From positions 6,945 through 70,944 of the forward strand of contig JBLIOE010000017.1 in assembly GCA_047639555.1 (NCBI GenBank): a DNA stretch of 64,000 nt. Direction: 5' to 3'. A program made the position numbers and the translations under genes. The notes below the pieces were generated by a model. The model was not told the DNA's origin. It was given only the letters and a program-made list of their open reading frames with translations, and searched no databases. Positions 51,484 to 60,538 of this stretch are shown in pieces (position 1 is the first letter of the stretch; each line of letters begins with the position of its first letter). Source of the DNA: Candidatus Aldehydirespiratoraceae bacterium (lineage in GTDB: Bacteria > Actinomycetota > Acidimicrobiia > Acidimicrobiales > Aldehydirespiratoraceae).

Positions 51484-52503
51484 TCAGTCGGAGAGCGCTT
51501 CGGTGATGCGCTCCGCGTTGGTGCGAACCATGTCGAGATACGTGGCTCCGTCGGAGTCGTCGGGTCCGAGCGATTCGGAGTACAGCTCGACCACGCTGAT
51601 CTCGCCGACTTCGTCAGCAAGCGTGGATGCAAGCTCGCCCGACGAAGACGTGTCGGCAAAGATCGCGGGCACGTCTTCGTGTTCGATCAACTCGGCCAGC
51701 TCAACGAGTGCCCGAGCGTTGGTGCCGTCGACGGTGGAGCCACTCGGAATGATGGTGCCGGCGACTTCGAACCCGTATCGATCAGCGAAGTAGCCGAAGA
51801 CTGCATGGTTGGTTATGAGTACTCGTCGATCTGGCGGGATCGCCATCAGAAGCGTCTCGACTTCGGCATCGAGTGTCTCGAGCCGTGCAATGTAGGACGC
51901 GGCGTTGGCCTCCAACGCGCTGACGTCCACGTCATCGACGTTGGCGATCAGAAACGCAACGATCCCGTCTGCAGCGAGCGCCATCCGGGCGGGGTCGGTG
52001 AAGAAGTGCGGATCAACACCCTCGTGATCATGCTCATCGCTGTGCTCATTCTTGTCGTCGTCTTCGTGCTCGTCGTCTTCGTGCTCGTCCTCTTCGTGTT
52101 CGTCGTGACTACCGCTGTCGAATGTGATGGTTTCCACAGTGCTGATGGCTTCGAAGATGGGCACTCCGTCGCTCTCGGCCGACTCGATCACGTCGAGAAG
52201 GCCTTCTTCGAATCCGGCGCCATTCACGATGAGGCCCTCAGCTGCCCCGATCTGAGCGACCTGTTGTGCCGAAGCCTGGAACTCGTGGGGATCTGACCCG
52301 ACCGGCATGATTGTAAGGACCCGCAACTCGTCACCAACGAGGTTCTGAACAACACCACCCAGGATGTTGGTGGTCACTACGACCGTTGGTCGATCAGCGC
52401 CGAGGGCGCTCCCGGAAGAGCCCTCGTCGTTGCCGCAGCCGGTAAACACAACGACTGCGCTGGTCAGCACGGCGGCCAGAACACTGCAAGAGGAACGCAT
52501 CAT
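51484..52503 (-). CDS. znuA: metal ABC transporter substrate-binding lipoprotein with His/Asp/Glu-rich loop (ZnuA-like)
   Basis: Part of track ORF 51484..53004, starting at ATG 52503. It has lipobox VVVFTGC, DPHEFQ, and a loop HDEHEEDEHEDDEHEDDDKNEHSDEHDHEG followed by DPHFF. Confidence 0.85.
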   Translation of the reverse strand: MMRSSCSVLAAVLTSAVVVFTGCGNDEGSSGSALGADRPTVVVTTNILGGVVQNLVGDELRVLTIMPVGSDPHEFQASAQQVAQIGAAEGLIVNGAGFEEGLLDVIESAESDGVPIFEAISTVETITFDSGSHDEHEEDEHEDDEHEDDDKNEHSDEHDHEGVDPHFFTDPARMALAADGIVAFLIANVDDVDVSALEANAASYIARLETLDAEVETLLMAIPPDRRVLITNHAVFGYFADRYGFEVAGTIIPSGSTVDGTNARALVELAELIEHEDVPAIFADTSSSGELASTLADEVGEISVVELYSESLGPDDSDGATYLDMVRTNAERITEALSD

Positions 52504-52516
52504 CCATCCAATCTGA

Positions 52517-52531
52517 TAGTGAGACTCACTA
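52517..52531. promoter_or_regulatory. perfect 7-1-7 palindrome upstream of znuA
   Basis: TAGTGAG-a-CTCACTA, 14-28 nt upstream of the znuA ATG. The 1-nt spacer argues for a protein-binding site rather than an RNA hairpin. Confidence 0.3.
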
Positions 52532-52577
52532 CCATTAGTTACCTTAGGAGCCGAGCGAAGAAGAACACAACATAGAA

Positions 52578-52592
52578 TGAGAATCATTTTCA
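52578..52592. promoter_or_regulatory. Zur-box-like palindrome in the znuA / znuC divergent promoter region
   Basis: TGAGAATCATTTTCA is an AT-rich 15-mer. It is one mismatch from the perfect palindrome TGAAAATCATTTTCA. It lies 23-37 nt upstream of the znuC start, and a Fur-family gene sits in the same operon. Confidence 0.6.
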
Positions 52593-52614
52593 TATCTGTT
52601 CCAACTACGCTTGC

Positions 52615-53355
52615 TTGGTGACTCCTGCAATCACCGCCGAGAACCTCGAGGTCTGCTTTGGCGACACGGTCGCTCTGTCCGGCGTTGACCTGACCGTGCC
52701 CGCCGGGTCGTCTCTGGCAGTCATTGGCCCTAACGGCTCGGGCAAGTCGACACTGCTCGGCGCCCTCGCTGGCACGATCGAACCCTCCGCCGGTTTCACC
52801 CAGGTCGCCGGCCTGCCTCCGGCACTGGTTCTGCAGGCAACCGATGTGGACAAGAGCCTCCCCATCACCGTCCGCGACACGGTCTCGTTGGCTCGTTACG
52901 CCACGCTCGGGTTGTTCCGCCGCTTTCGACGGGCGGACCGCGACGCCGTCGACCGCGCGCTCGCCCGGATGGCGATCGAGGACCTCGCTCCTCGCCAACT
53001 CCACGACCTGTCCGGTGGCCAGCGACAGCGCGTGCTCGTGGCGCAGGGCCTGGCCCAGGAGTCCGACGTACTCCTGCTCGACGAGCCAGTGAACGGACTC
53101 GACCTCGTCTCACGCTCGATCATCCTCGACCTCATCGACGAGATAGTCGCCTCCGGGCGCTCAGTCGTCATGACCACCCACAGCCTCGACGACGCCCGCC
53201 GCTGCCAACAGGTCCTCCTACTCGACACAACTCCGATAGCAGTCGGGCCGCCCACCGCGGTACTCACCGAAGAACATCTCCGACAAGGCTTCAGCGGACA
53301 GTTCATGCGCGTCGGTGACAAAGTGACCCTCGATGAACCACACCACGCCCACTGA
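52615..53355 (+). CDS. znuC: metal ABC transporter ATP-binding protein
   Basis: Motifs are Walker A GPNGSGKST, signature LSGGQRQRV and Walker B LLLDEP. Confidence 0.85.
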   Translation: MVTPAITAENLEVCFGDTVALSGVDLTVPAGSSLAVIGPNGSGKSTLLGALAGTIEPSAGFTQVAGLPPALVLQATDVDKSLPITVRDTVSLARYATLGLFRRFRRADRDAVDRALARMAIEDLAPRQLHDLSGGQRQRVLVAQGLAQESDVLLLDEPVNGLDLVSRSIILDLIDEIVASGRSVVMTTHSLDDARRCQQVLLLDTTPIAVGPPTAVLTEEHLRQGFSGQFMRVGDKVTLDEPHHAH

Positions 53356-53403
53356 GATACGCGTAGCCGCTCCGATTCTCAGCCATTCTCATTCCGAGGT
53401 AGC

Positions 53404-53850
53404 GTGAAACTTATGACCGATGACGAAGTCGACGACGAGGCCGCCGCCCTCCTCCAACGGGCCAACCAGCGCTACACCAGCGGTCGCCGACGCCTCGTTG
53501 CCGCCCTGCAAGCCGGCGACGGGCCCCTCACCATCACCCAGATCGTCGCCGCCGACGACTCATTGCCGCAGTCCACCATTTACCGCAACTTGACCATTCT
53601 TGAAGAGGCCGACATCGTCACCCGCATCGTGACCAGCGACGACTTCGCCCGCTACGAACTCGCCGAGCACCTGACCGAACATCACCACCACCTCATCTGC
53701 TCAAACTGCGGAGACGTCACCGACTTCTCCCTCGACACCCGCACCGAAAACAACCTCGATAGGGCTCTCCATCGCGCAGCCAGTCAGGCCGGCTTCAACG
53801 CCGCTGCTCACCGACTCGACCTCCTCGGCACCTGCGCCAGGTGCAGCTGA
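53404..53850 (+). CDS. zur: Fur family transcriptional regulator (Zur-like)
   Basis: Motifs are RRRLVAALQ...TITQIVAA...STIYRNLTILEEADIV, HHHHLICSNCG and C-terminal CARC (structural Zn site). Confidence 0.8.
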   Translation: MKLMTDDEVDDEAAALLQRANQRYTSGRRRLVAALQAGDGPLTITQIVAADDSLPQSTIYRNLTILEEADIVTRIVTSDDFARYELAEHLTEHHHHLICSNCGDVTDFSLDTRTENNLDRALHRAASQAGFNAAAHRLDLLGTCARCS

Positions 53851-54002
53851 GCAGCAGGAGCGCGACAGAAGGCTGTAGCACCGGATACTCCCTACCACGG
53901 CGGCAATGAAGGATTGGGCCGAGATTCCGGCATCCACAGCTCACGGCTGTGCCAACCGGTGGACCTCGCCCGCAATATCGGGGTTCGCATAGTGCGCGGC
54001 CA

Positions 54003-54033
54003 GGGGTGCTCTTGCCCGGTACTAACGTCGGTC
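54003..54033 (+). repeat. repeat copy C (partial), immediately upstream of an SRPBCC gene
   Basis: ggggtgctcttgcccggtactaacgtcggtc. It matches copy A at 11/12 positions in the first block and 9/9 in acgtcggtc, with spacing differing by 1 nt. It also contains GGTACTAACGTCG, which is found again at 14953-14965. Confidence 0.4.
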
Positions 54034-54036
54034 GAT

Positions 54037-54495
54037 ATGGCAGCCGCAGGTTTTGTGCACGAGATCGATATTGCTGTTGCTCGGCCGCGGCTCCACGACT
54101 TCTTGTGCGATCTTGAGAATTTCACGGCCTTACATCCGCTGATCGAGTCGATCACAGAGATCGCTCCGACCGCTGAGTTGCCGAACGCTCGGCGCTATCG
54201 AGTGGTGGATCGCGTGCCGATCGGGCCAGGCCGCATGAAAGCGGTTTACACCGCGACGCTCGATCCGGTGTCGCTCCATGAGGTCCGCGGCTATGCCTGG
54301 CAGAAACCGGGCATCCGCTTGCTAACGGCTTACGAAATTGCGGACACCAACACCGGCGTGCACCTGACGGAACGAGTGAGTGTCCATGCGCCGTGGGTTC
54401 TGCGTCGTTTTGTGTCCGGGCAGGCCGAGGCGTCTCACCTGGAGACGATGAAGAAGATAAAGGTGCTGCTCGAGCAGCCGGCTACTCCCGTGTGA
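54037..54495 (+). CDS. SRPBCC family protein
   Basis: Part of track ORF 53914..54495, starting at ATG 54037. Shows HEIDIAVARPRLHDFLCDLENFTALHPLIESI, the typical SRPBCC N-terminal beta-alpha pattern. Confidence 0.65.
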   Translation: MAAAGFVHEIDIAVARPRLHDFLCDLENFTALHPLIESITEIAPTAELPNARRYRVVDRVPIGPGRMKAVYTATLDPVSLHEVRGYAWQKPGIRLLTAYEIADTNTGVHLTERVSVHAPWVLRRFVSGQAEASHLETMKKIKVLLEQPATPV

Positions 54496-54532
54496 CGGAA
54501 CAGATTGCCGCGACTTGTATGCGTCGGCTCGA

Positions 54533-55636
54533 TCAGAGGATGCCGTCGACTCGCTGAGCCCGGCTGGCCCGCTTCGTGCCGTACATCGCCTCGTCGGCCG
54601 CGGCGAGCAACCGCTTCAGCGACGCAGCGCGCCGTGGGGCAGCCACCACGCCGACGCTGGCCCGCACAGGGATGGTGCGGCCGTTGACCTCGATCTCGTG
54701 GTTGCATGCCCCTTCGAGAACCGCGACCAGACGGGACGTGTCGTCGGTGCCGTCCGTGAACAGTACTGCGAACTCGTCGCCGCCGACGCGGGTGACGAAC
54801 GCTCCATCGCCGACTGCTCGCTTCAGCCGCGAAGCGACCGACTGCAGCACGAGGTCGCCAACCGCATGCCCCTGGGTGTCGTTCACGGTTTTGAAGTCGT
54901 CGAGGTCGACGAGGGCCAGAGCGATGGCGTCGTCGTTGGGGGACGCGAGGGCAAACTGAACCTTCTCGATAAGGAGCTTGCGGTTGCCAACCCCGGTCAG
55001 TTCGTCGTGGCGAGATTCGTGGGCGAGGCGGTGCATCAGAACCTCCCGGTCTTCGTGGGCGAGGCGCGAGGCGTCGCTCGACCGGCCGACGATGGTGACC
55101 GCAAAGGCAACGGCGAGCGTGACGACGACAGTGCGGTCGACGAAGCCGCTGTCGCCCTGGGCGATCCCGGCCGCGAAGACTCCCGAGACCGTTGCGAGGC
55201 CATAGAGCGGAGCGAAACGGGTACCAAGCCACGAGACAAAGGCGGTGCAGAGGGCGACCGTCGTGACCGCGGTCATCTCGTAGTAGAACTCGCTGACCGC
55301 GCCGAGAGCGGAGACCCAGATAATGATGCCGAGCAGCAGGAACCCGGGCATGCGCTCGGTGCGGGCGGCGATGTGCATGCCGAGTCGGATCAGGAACCCG
55401 CCGCTGACGTAGGCCCCCACAGTCACGGCCGTGACCGCCTGGGTCTGCGACACGATGGTGAGGAACGGGACGATCCCGACGGCCCAGAGCGCAATCGCGC
55501 TCACGAAGACCCGGCGAAGGAAGCGGCGGTCATCGAGGCCCGCCACCGGTGCAGCGGTGCGACCGAGGAGCGCGAGACGGGAGCGCCAGTCAGGAGCGGT
55601 CTCGTACGTCGGTGCGGTAGCGGCGGTTGTTCCCAC
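54533..55636 (-). CDS. membrane-bound diguanylate cyclase (GGDEF domain)
   Basis: 367 aa. About 5-6 N-terminal hydrophobic segments are followed by HDELTGVGNRKLL, LVDLDDFKTVND and RVGGDEFAVLF. No RxxD I-site lies 5 residues upstream of GGDEF. Confidence 0.85.
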   Translation of the reverse strand: MGTTAATAPTYETAPDWRSRLALLGRTAAPVAGLDDRRFLRRVFVSAIALWAVGIVPFLTIVSQTQAVTAVTVGAYVSGGFLIRLGMHIAARTERMPGFLLLGIIIWVSALGAVSEFYYEMTAVTTVALCTAFVSWLGTRFAPLYGLATVSGVFAAGIAQGDSGFVDRTVVVTLAVAFAVTIVGRSSDASRLAHEDREVLMHRLAHESRHDELTGVGNRKLLIEKVQFALASPNDDAIALALVDLDDFKTVNDTQGHAVGDLVLQSVASRLKRAVGDGAFVTRVGGDEFAVLFTDGTDDTSRLVAVLEGACNHEIEVNGRTIPVRASVGVVAAPRRAASLKRLLAAADEAMYGTKRASRAQRVDGIL

Positions 55637-55697
55637 GTTGAGAGGATCGTGAAGTTTTGGGGCTTTCTGAACGGAGCTCGTCCGGTTGGACCACGAG

Positions 55698-56030
55698 TTA
55701 GGGCCGTATGACCCAGGCCACTAGGCGACTTTTGTGAGTTCGCCGGATACTGAGAGAGCGTCGTTGTACGTTTCGCATGAATTCTCGCGGCGGTGCGTCG
55801 AGTTCGGCGCGCAAGGCAGCGATGAATGAGCTCGGAGACGCGTAGCCGACCCGAAGCGCCACGGAGGTCACACTGTCGCCGTCAGCAAGCATGGCGACCG
55901 CGGAGAGGATGCAGGCTCTCCGTCGCCACTGCCCGAGACTCATCCGGGTCTCGGACCGGCGGCAACCCCGCTCTCGCGATGGAGTACGACTCCTCGGCCG
56001 AATAGCCCGGCATCGAATCCGCGAGGCTTA
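55698..56030 (-). pseudogene. AraC-family HTH remnant (truncated and frame-disrupted)
   Basis: Track ORF 55698..55943 encodes only the second HTH: SLGQWRRRACILSAVAMLADGDSVTSVALRVGYASPSSFIAALRAELDAPPREF. Fragments resembling the first HTH (VSLADSMPGYS... and ...SETRMS) lie upstream in two different frames and are bounded by stops. There is no room for an N-terminal domain before the next gene. Confidence 0.4.
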
Positions 56031-56198
56031 CTCGGTCGTCACCCGGAGGCGTGGTTCACCGACGAAGTGCACGCCAGGTCGTTCTCGGTCCTGTTACTCG
56101 TGGTAAGTCGCTCGCTCGACGAACTCGCGGGCGAGCTGGTCGCGTCAGATCTTGAGCGGGAGCCGGTACGGCCGCAGCGACTGGGCCATCATGGGTCG

Positions 56199-57212
56199 GT
56201 GAACTCCGAAGGTAGCTCTGCAACTCCCGCCGATTGGGCGGCGTCCGTCTATCGGTTGGCCGGGATCGAGGCGCCGACCATCGACCACGGCGAGATCGCC
56301 GAGCGAACGGGGGTTGACCCGGAGCGGAGCCGTCGCTGGTGGCGAGCGCTCGGTTTCGCGGAGATCGCTGACGATGAGATCGCGTTTCGCGAAGCCGACG
56401 TCGAGGTTGTGAGTCAGCTCGGCAGTCTGGTTGACTCCGGAGCGGTCGACGATGCCGACATCCTCCGCCTCGCCCGGCTGATGAGCACTTCGTTCTCTCG
56501 CCTCGTCGATGCCCAACTGGATGTGCTCAACCTCGAAGGCAACGGCGAGGTTGCCCCGATGGGCGGCCAGAATCGACTGGCGGAGTTAGCCGATGCTGAC
56601 ATCGATGTCTTCGGCTTGATGGAGAAGACAATGGCCTATGTCTGGCGGCGCCATCTCCTCGGCGCGATCGGTCATCGACTCTCCGTCGACCGGACCGCGC
56701 TGGGTCAAGCAGTTGCCTTCGCCGATCTGTCGGGTTTCTCGCAGCTGAGCAAATCGGCGAGCGCCGAGGAACTCACCCGGGTGATTGAGACGTTCGAGGC
56801 GGCCGCGTTCGATGTGGTGTCGCTTCACGACGGCCGGGTGGTCAAGCTGATTGGCGACGAGGCGATGTTCGTTGTCGACACCTTCGACGTGGCGCTTTCC
56901 GCCGCGTTGGAGCTCATCGAACGCCTCGCGGCGGAAGAGGGGATCCCGCCGGTGCACTGCGGAATCGCGTTCGGGCCGACGGTCACCGTTGGCGGCGACG
57001 TGTTCGGCACGACTGTTAACTTGGCCAGCCGACTCACCTCGGTCGCCCGGGGCGGCAGCGTCGCCGTGCCGAGAGAGGGTGCGGAATACTTGCTCGACCG
57101 AGAGGATCTCGACGTTCGCAAGATCCGCCGGTCCTATGACCTGAAGGGCATCGGTCGAACGTCGATTCTCGCGGTCCGACCAACCACCGCCGAGGCGGTC
57201 TCGGCGCACTAG
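56199..57212 (+). CDS. class III adenylate/guanylate cyclase with an N-terminal MerR-like HTH-resembling domain
   Basis: Track ORF is 56067..57212. The start is uncertain; GTG 56199 is the first start after the AraC remnant region. The N-terminal part has HGEIAERTGVDPERSRRWWRALGF. The cyclase part has VAFADLSGFS, VKLIGDEAMFV, HCGIAFGP and GTTVNLASRL. Confidence 0.8.
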   Translation: MNSEGSSATPADWAASVYRLAGIEAPTIDHGEIAERTGVDPERSRRWWRALGFAEIADDEIAFREADVEVVSQLGSLVDSGAVDDADILRLARLMSTSFSRLVDAQLDVLNLEGNGEVAPMGGQNRLAELADADIDVFGLMEKTMAYVWRRHLLGAIGHRLSVDRTALGQAVAFADLSGFSQLSKSASAEELTRVIETFEAAAFDVVSLHDGRVVKLIGDEAMFVVDTFDVALSAALELIERLAAEEGIPPVHCGIAFGPTVTVGGDVFGTTVNLASRLTSVARGGSVAVPREGAEYLLDREDLDVRKIRRSYDLKGIGRTSILAVRPTTAEAVSAH

Positions 57213-60200
57213 CCAGCGAGGTTCCCGAAGCGATGCAACGTCGTGCTGATCGCCTGCTCGCGGACATAGTGCAAGAACTCGACGCGGCCGACGGGAATGA
57301 CTGGGCTATCGGCAACGTCCACCGCAGCGGCGTTGGCTGCGATCCGGAGCCGCTCTCCGATTGGCTCGCCGACCACGCGCATTCGTTCCACGCCGATCTC
57401 GCCGAGACGGTCCGCTAGATCAGGCTCGGATTCTCGTGACGCGTGGGACTCGATCATCAGGACGCCGGCGATCTTCGCGGCTTTCGCCGCCAGGTAGAGC
57501 GATCGTTCGTCTGCATCTTTCTGGACCCGTATGAGCACTCGGGTGAGCGGGCGGTAGCGGAAAACATTCGCTTCGCAGAAGAGGTCGGTTGGGTCGTGCG
57601 TCGCGCTGAAGTGAGTAGCCCACTCGGTCGCGTAGTCGTCATCGACGTCAGGGTCGGCGGACCAGCTGCCGAGCTGGGCGACGTAGTTCGGGCCGCCGGC
57701 CTTGGCCCCGGGACCAACCGACGACCGCTTCCATCCACCGAACGGCTGTCGCTGCACAACCGCACCGGTGATCGCCCGGTTTACGTAGCCGTTGCCGACC
57801 TCGACACGCTCAGTCCAGGAATCGATCTCGGCCGGATCGAGTGAGTGGATGCCGCCCGTCAGACCAAACGCGCTCGAATTCTGAATAGCAATTGCTTCAT
57901 CGAGATCTCTTGCGTGGACCAGCCCGAGCACCGGCCCGAAGCACTCCGTGGAGTGGAACCACGATCCGATAGTCACCCCATCGCGGACGCCGGGCGACCA
58001 CAAGGTCTTCCCCGCGAGCTCGTACTGCTGCGGCTTCACAACCCACGATTCGCCGTCGTCGAGCTGGCTGAGTCCTCGAGCCAAACGGTCGTTGACATCT
58101 CCGGTCAGGGGGCCCATCGTCGTTTGAATTGCCGTCGAAGGACCGACATCGATGCTGGACACCGCATCGATGATCTGGCGACGGAACCGAGGTGAGTCGT
58201 ACACATCCCCGACGAGTATCGCCAGGCTGGCGGCCGAACACTTCTGCCCGCTATGGCCAAACGCGGACAGCACGAGGTCGGCCACCGCGAGATCAATATC
58301 GGCATTCGGCGTGATGATCAGAGCGTTCTTGCCGCTGGTCTCCGCGAACATTCGCAGGTCGGGCTGCCATGAGCGGAACAGGTCTGCTGTCTCCGAACCG
58401 CCGGTGAGGATCACCGCGTTGACTGAGGTAATGAGGTGCCGTCCAACTTCGTTTTCGGGAACCGGCATGAACCGCAGCACCTGCTGCGGAACACCAGCGG
58501 CCCAACAAGCTTCGGCGACGATCTCGGCGCAACGAGGAGTTTCCGGCGCAGGTTTGAGCAGTACTGCGTTGCCGGCCGCCAGGCTCGACAGGACTCCGCC
58601 CGCCGGGATGGCGACCGGGAAATTCCATGGCGGCACGACCGCCACGACTCCCAACGGTGTGAAACGAGCAGCGAGTGCGTCGAGGGCGATTGCTGCGTCG
58701 CCATAGTAGCGAGCGAAGTCGATCGCCTCGGCAACCTCCCCGTCGGCCTCGACGAATGTTTTGTTTGCCTCATGCACCATGGTCGTGATGAGTTCCCCAC
58801 GGCGAACAGCCAACTGGTCGGCGACACGGTGCAGGATCGCTTGACGCTCCGCGAGAGGAAGCTGGCCCCAGCTGACCTGTGCGTCTTGGGCGCTGAGCAG
58901 TGCCTCGTCGACCTCGCGAATCGTGGTGAGGTCGGCGGTTCGCCTCGATGCAGGGATGTCCGCCATCACCCGCGAGATCCACTCTTGGTTCGCGGCGAGG
59001 GTGGGGTCGGTTTCGGGCTCGTTGCGAAACGGCGTACCAATCCGGTATGCGGACGTCGGCGGGGCCTGGCGGTCCTGAGTTCGGCGAGGCGATGACTCGA
59101 CGTCGTTGCGTTGGGCCAGTGAGGTTCGGAAGATCTGTTCCTGAGCAGCAAACGCTGACGAACCGGGCTCGAGGTTGAACAGGTGCCGCAGGAAGTTGTC
59201 TTGCGATGCCGTTTCTTCGAGTCGGCGAAACAGATAGCTAATCGATACGTCGAAGTCGGCGGCGGCGACGGCCGGTGTATACAACAGCATCGGACTCGCG
59301 GTCGGACCAATTTCGGTTGTTTGTCGAACCGCGAGGGCCTGTGCGGGCGCCATTCCCTGCAGCATCTCGAACTGGATCCGATGACTCACGCCTCGGTCCG
59401 TAGCGAGGAGATGGGCCCACGCAACGTCGAAGAGGTTGTGGCTCGCCACACCAAGACGCACACCGCGCATACGAGATGGCGTGAGCAGCCATTCCAGGCA
59501 TCGTTTGTAGTTGGCGTCGGCCTCAATCTTTGACGCGTACGGTGCCTGGGCCCAGCCATGTATTGCGGCATCGACGCGTTCCATGGCCAGGTTGGCACCT
59601 TTCACGAGGCGCACCTTCACCTCGCCCCCGTTCATGGCATGTCGGTCGTTCGCCCACTCGACGAGCTGTTGCAACGCGTCGAAAGAATCCGGCAAGTAGG
59701 CCTGGAGAACGATGCCGGCGTCAACCCCAAGAAGGTGCGGTTCGCTCAACACGCTCATAAACGCCCGCAGCGTCAGGTCGAGGTCGTGATACTCCTCCAT
59801 GTCGAAGTTGATGAACGTGGGAGTGCTGGCATCCGCAGCGGTCTCGACCAGCAAGCGAAGCCTCTCCGTCACCCGGCGCAAGCTGTCTTCATGGGCGAAG
59901 TAGTTGAGCTGAGAGGCAATGGCCGAGATCTTGACCGACACGTAGTCGATGTCTGGTTGGTCGACGAGGTCGAGGAGTTCGTCGAGGCGACGCTCGGCTT
60001 CGCGCTCGCCCAACACGGCTTCCCCCAGCAGGTTGATATTCAGCGCAAATCCGGCTTCTCGGTTGCGGCGCAGGTGCATCGCGAGCTTCTCTCGTTCCGC
60101 CGGAGCGACGAGGTGTCCAACAATGGAGCGCATGCGCCGGCGAGCGAGCGGCACCACGATGGCCGGCAGTATCCGGGCGAGGCGCGCTCCAGCCCGGAGC

Positions 60201-60538
60201 AGGACACGGTCGATCGACGACAGAAACTGCGGCAGTGTGCGTTCTTGCACGATTGCCCAAAGCTGTTGGGCCGCGACTCGGTCGTCGTCGGGTCGAACAA
60301 CTCGGTCCACGAACTGCATGACAAACCCGACACCATCGGGATCGGTAACGATCCCCTCCAACTGGTTCATGGTTTGTTGCGTTTGCCGTGTCTCGTGGAG
60401 CTGTGCCTCTTGTAGCCAGCGGCCCACGAGGGCCACGGCATCGTCAGCCAGATCATCTGTAGTCACTCCTCTAGCGTGGCGGAACGCGGAGGAGAGGTCT
60501 TGTACGATGCCGACTGGAATGGCGACCGAATCCACCAA
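57209..60538 (-). CDS. putA: bifunctional proline dehydrogenase / L-glutamate gamma-semialdehyde (P5C) dehydrogenase
   Basis: 1109 aa. The N-terminal half is a PRODH barrel (VKISAIASQL, VRLVKGAN, FEMLQGM). The C-terminal half is an aldehyde dehydrogenase (VVPPWNFP, FAETSGKNA, GQKCSAAS with catalytic Cys). The start may be GTG 60466 rather than 60538. Confidence 0.9.
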   Translation of the reverse strand: MVDSVAIPVGIVQDLSSAFRHARGVTTDDLADDAVALVGRWLQEAQLHETRQTQQTMNQLEGIVTDPDGVGFVMQFVDRVVRPDDDRVAAQQLWAIVQERTLPQFLSSIDRVLLRAGARLARILPAIVVPLARRRMRSIVGHLVAPAEREKLAMHLRRNREAGFALNINLLGEAVLGEREAERRLDELLDLVDQPDIDYVSVKISAIASQLNYFAHEDSLRRVTERLRLLVETAADASTPTFINFDMEEYHDLDLTLRAFMSVLSEPHLLGVDAGIVLQAYLPDSFDALQQLVEWANDRHAMNGGEVKVRLVKGANLAMERVDAAIHGWAQAPYASKIEADANYKRCLEWLLTPSRMRGVRLGVASHNLFDVAWAHLLATDRGVSHRIQFEMLQGMAPAQALAVRQTTEIGPTASPMLLYTPAVAAADFDVSISYLFRRLEETASQDNFLRHLFNLEPGSSAFAAQEQIFRTSLAQRNDVESSPRRTQDRQAPPTSAYRIGTPFRNEPETDPTLAANQEWISRVMADIPASRRTADLTTIREVDEALLSAQDAQVSWGQLPLAERQAILHRVADQLAVRRGELITTMVHEANKTFVEADGEVAEAIDFARYYGDAAIALDALAARFTPLGVVAVVPPWNFPVAIPAGGVLSSLAAGNAVLLKPAPETPRCAEIVAEACWAAGVPQQVLRFMPVPENEVGRHLITSVNAVILTGGSETADLFRSWQPDLRMFAETSGKNALIITPNADIDLAVADLVLSAFGHSGQKCSAASLAILVGDVYDSPRFRRQIIDAVSSIDVGPSTAIQTTMGPLTGDVNDRLARGLSQLDDGESWVVKPQQYELAGKTLWSPGVRDGVTIGSWFHSTECFGPVLGLVHARDLDEAIAIQNSSAFGLTGGIHSLDPAEIDSWTERVEVGNGYVNRAITGAVVQRQPFGGWKRSSVGPGAKAGGPNYVAQLGSWSADPDVDDDYATEWATHFSATHDPTDLFCEANVFRYRPLTRVLIRVQKDADERSLYLAAKAAKIAGVLMIESHASRESEPDLADRLGEIGVERMRVVGEPIGERLRIAANAAAVDVADSPVIPVGRVEFLHYVREQAISTTLHRFGNLAG

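Noticed and set aside
53985-54011. Possible degenerate tRNA T-arm (GGTTCG...) preceding repeat copy C, which would support a tRNA-derived att scar.
   Set aside because: Only a 6-mer is shared with the tRNA-Arg T-arm, and the spacing differs by 5 nt. This is not distinguishable from chance.
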